Positions 62,430 through 64,000 of a DNA stretch of 64,000 nt are shown here, one piece after another. The stretch's first letter is position 1. Each line of letters starts with the position of its first letter. Source of the DNA: the human T2T-CHM13v2.0 reference genome, Homo sapiens; NCBI RefSeq assembly GCF_009914755.1, contig NC_060934.1; one strand, 5' to 3'. The notes beneath the pieces are model-generated. The model saw nothing but the letters and a program-made list of their open reading frames with translations, was not told where the DNA came from and made no database searches. The translations under genes and the position numbers were made by a program.

Positions 62430-64000
62430 CCTGATGTCTAGTTCCTGTACCTACATCCATAAGCTGACCTTGGGCAGGACACCACTGGCCAGTCTCACCC
62501 TCAATTCATGGTCAACTGGCCCTCTATTGCTGCCCAGGCATCGCACTAAATATCCCTCTTCCATTCACTTTTCCACTCTTCTAAAAGACTTCTGTGCCAT
62601 CTCCCCCTCCTTAATCCTCTGATAACCCCTTCTCATCTCACGCTCCCCCAGTGAACTTGCTTCCGTGTCATTGAGAAAATAGAGGCAAACAGAGAACATC
62701 CAGGCATTTCTACAACCCCGCCTGTGGAGTTGCATGTTTGCCTGCATGCTCTGCTTTATCTCCAATGACTATGTTCCCAGCAAGGGCCAACCCACCATGT
62801 GGGCACTAGATCTCATTCCCCATCCCCTCTCTGCTAGAAGTATCCATACAGAGCCGTAATCATCCTTTGCTCTCTCCTCATGAGTATTTCCTGTTCTAAT
62901 GGAAACTCCATCACCATGTAAAAATGTTAATTCCTATCACATTGACCTCATATTGCTCTAGGTGTCTCATTTTTTTTTCTTTTCTTTACAGGAAGATTCC
63001 TTGAAAGAATTGAGTGTACTGGCTTTCCTCCCACTTTCTTCAGCCTACCCCAGTTATGTTTTCACCCACACCACTCAGCTAAACTAGTCATGTCAAGATC
63101 ACCCATGACCTTCACATTGCTAAATCCAGGGATAAATTTTCAGCCCTAATCTTACTTGACCATGAGCAGTAGTTGACATGGTGGATTATTCCATCCTCTT
63201 TGAAATACTTTGCTTGGTTTCTGGAACCACACTTTTCTGGTTTTCCTTCTATCACACTGACTGCTCCTTTGTCTCCTTTGCTGATACTTCCTCATCAACT
63301 GGAAATCTTGGACAGCCCAGGGCTAAGCTCTATGATGTCTTTTACCTACATTTCTTTAGTGATTTCATTCAGCATCAGATTTTTAAATTCCATTCCTTTG
63401 CCAGTCTTTCCTCTAAATTCTAGACCCATGTATACAATTGCCTATTCATTATCACTACTAAGATGTCTAATGGACTTTTCAAATGTAACCTCCCCCAAAA
63501 CTTACTCCTCCCATGGTCTTCCCTATCTCAATTAATAGCTTCTTCGTCTTTCAGTCCCGAGACCCTTCAGCCCAGATCATTTTCCTTGACTGTTCTTTCT
63601 CTCTTATATTTCACATGCAAATGCTGTTGTCTTTATCTTCAAAATATATTCAGAATCGAAGCCCTTCTCACACATCCTCTGCCACCATTTTGGTCTGAGA
63701 CATCTTCATCTCTTCCCTGGATTGGTGCAACAGCCTCCCACCTTGTCTCCTTGCTTCTGTGGTTGTTCCCTTAAAGCCTGTGCTCAGGTTAGCTGCTGCA
63801 TGACCCTGTTAAGATGTGAGCTAGTGCCCACCACTCCTTTACTCAAAACCATCCAGTGACTTCTTTTTTTCCTCTGAATGGAAACCAAAGTCCTACAGTG
63901 GCCTACATGACCTCCTATGGTCTATTCTTCCACACGTCCTTACCTAGATTTTCTCTTGCTGCTCTTCCCTCGCTCATTCTCACCCTGCCGTACTTACTCC
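62430..64000 (+). mobile_element. Long L2 fragment (decayed ORF2 RT region)
   Basis: ~63092-63163 translates VKITHDLHIAKSRDKFSALILLD, resembling L2 RT KVTNDL...LILLDLSAAFD. Confidence 0.75.

Noticed and set aside
63173-63774. Several 60-120 aa ORFs near the window end
   Set aside because: Off-frame readings of a decayed L2 element

Overview
Human (or close great-ape) genomic DNA from inside CACNB2, the voltage-gated L-type Ca2+ channel beta-2 subunit gene, on the + strand. About the first 41.5 kb is the 3' part of a long, Alu-dense intron (about 60 Alu copies or fragments in the whole window). It includes a nested cluster of antisense ERV1 solo LTRs (MER21, MER41>MER51>Alu, MER4>Alu), an LTR9-like solo LTR, MaLR LTRs and DNA-transposon MITEs. 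Coding exons read directly from the sequence, all with GT-AG boundaries and consistent phases: exon 4 (41577-41699) and exon 5 (44086-44222, SH3), exon 6 (49742-49818, HOOK), the alternative HOOK exons 7A (134 nt), 7B (20 nt, AKQKQKS) and 7C (62 nt), and exons 8-9 (start of the GK domain). Exon numbers follow my recollection of the literature convention. A near full-length antisense Hsmar1 mariner lies about 400 bp upstream of exon 7A. The ORF track is almost entirely Alu or other repeat read-through. I see no evidence of a new protein-coding system. The best leads are in splicing control around the HOOK exons: an ~89-bp non-Alu inverted repeat in intron 6, a candidate 15-nt microexon / 26-nt poison exon at ~60.04 kb, an RBFOX/SRRM4 motif layout around 7A/7B, and SETMAR-type TIR sites beside the cassette. 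Repeat family names come from recalled consensus sequences, and repeat boundaries are approximate.
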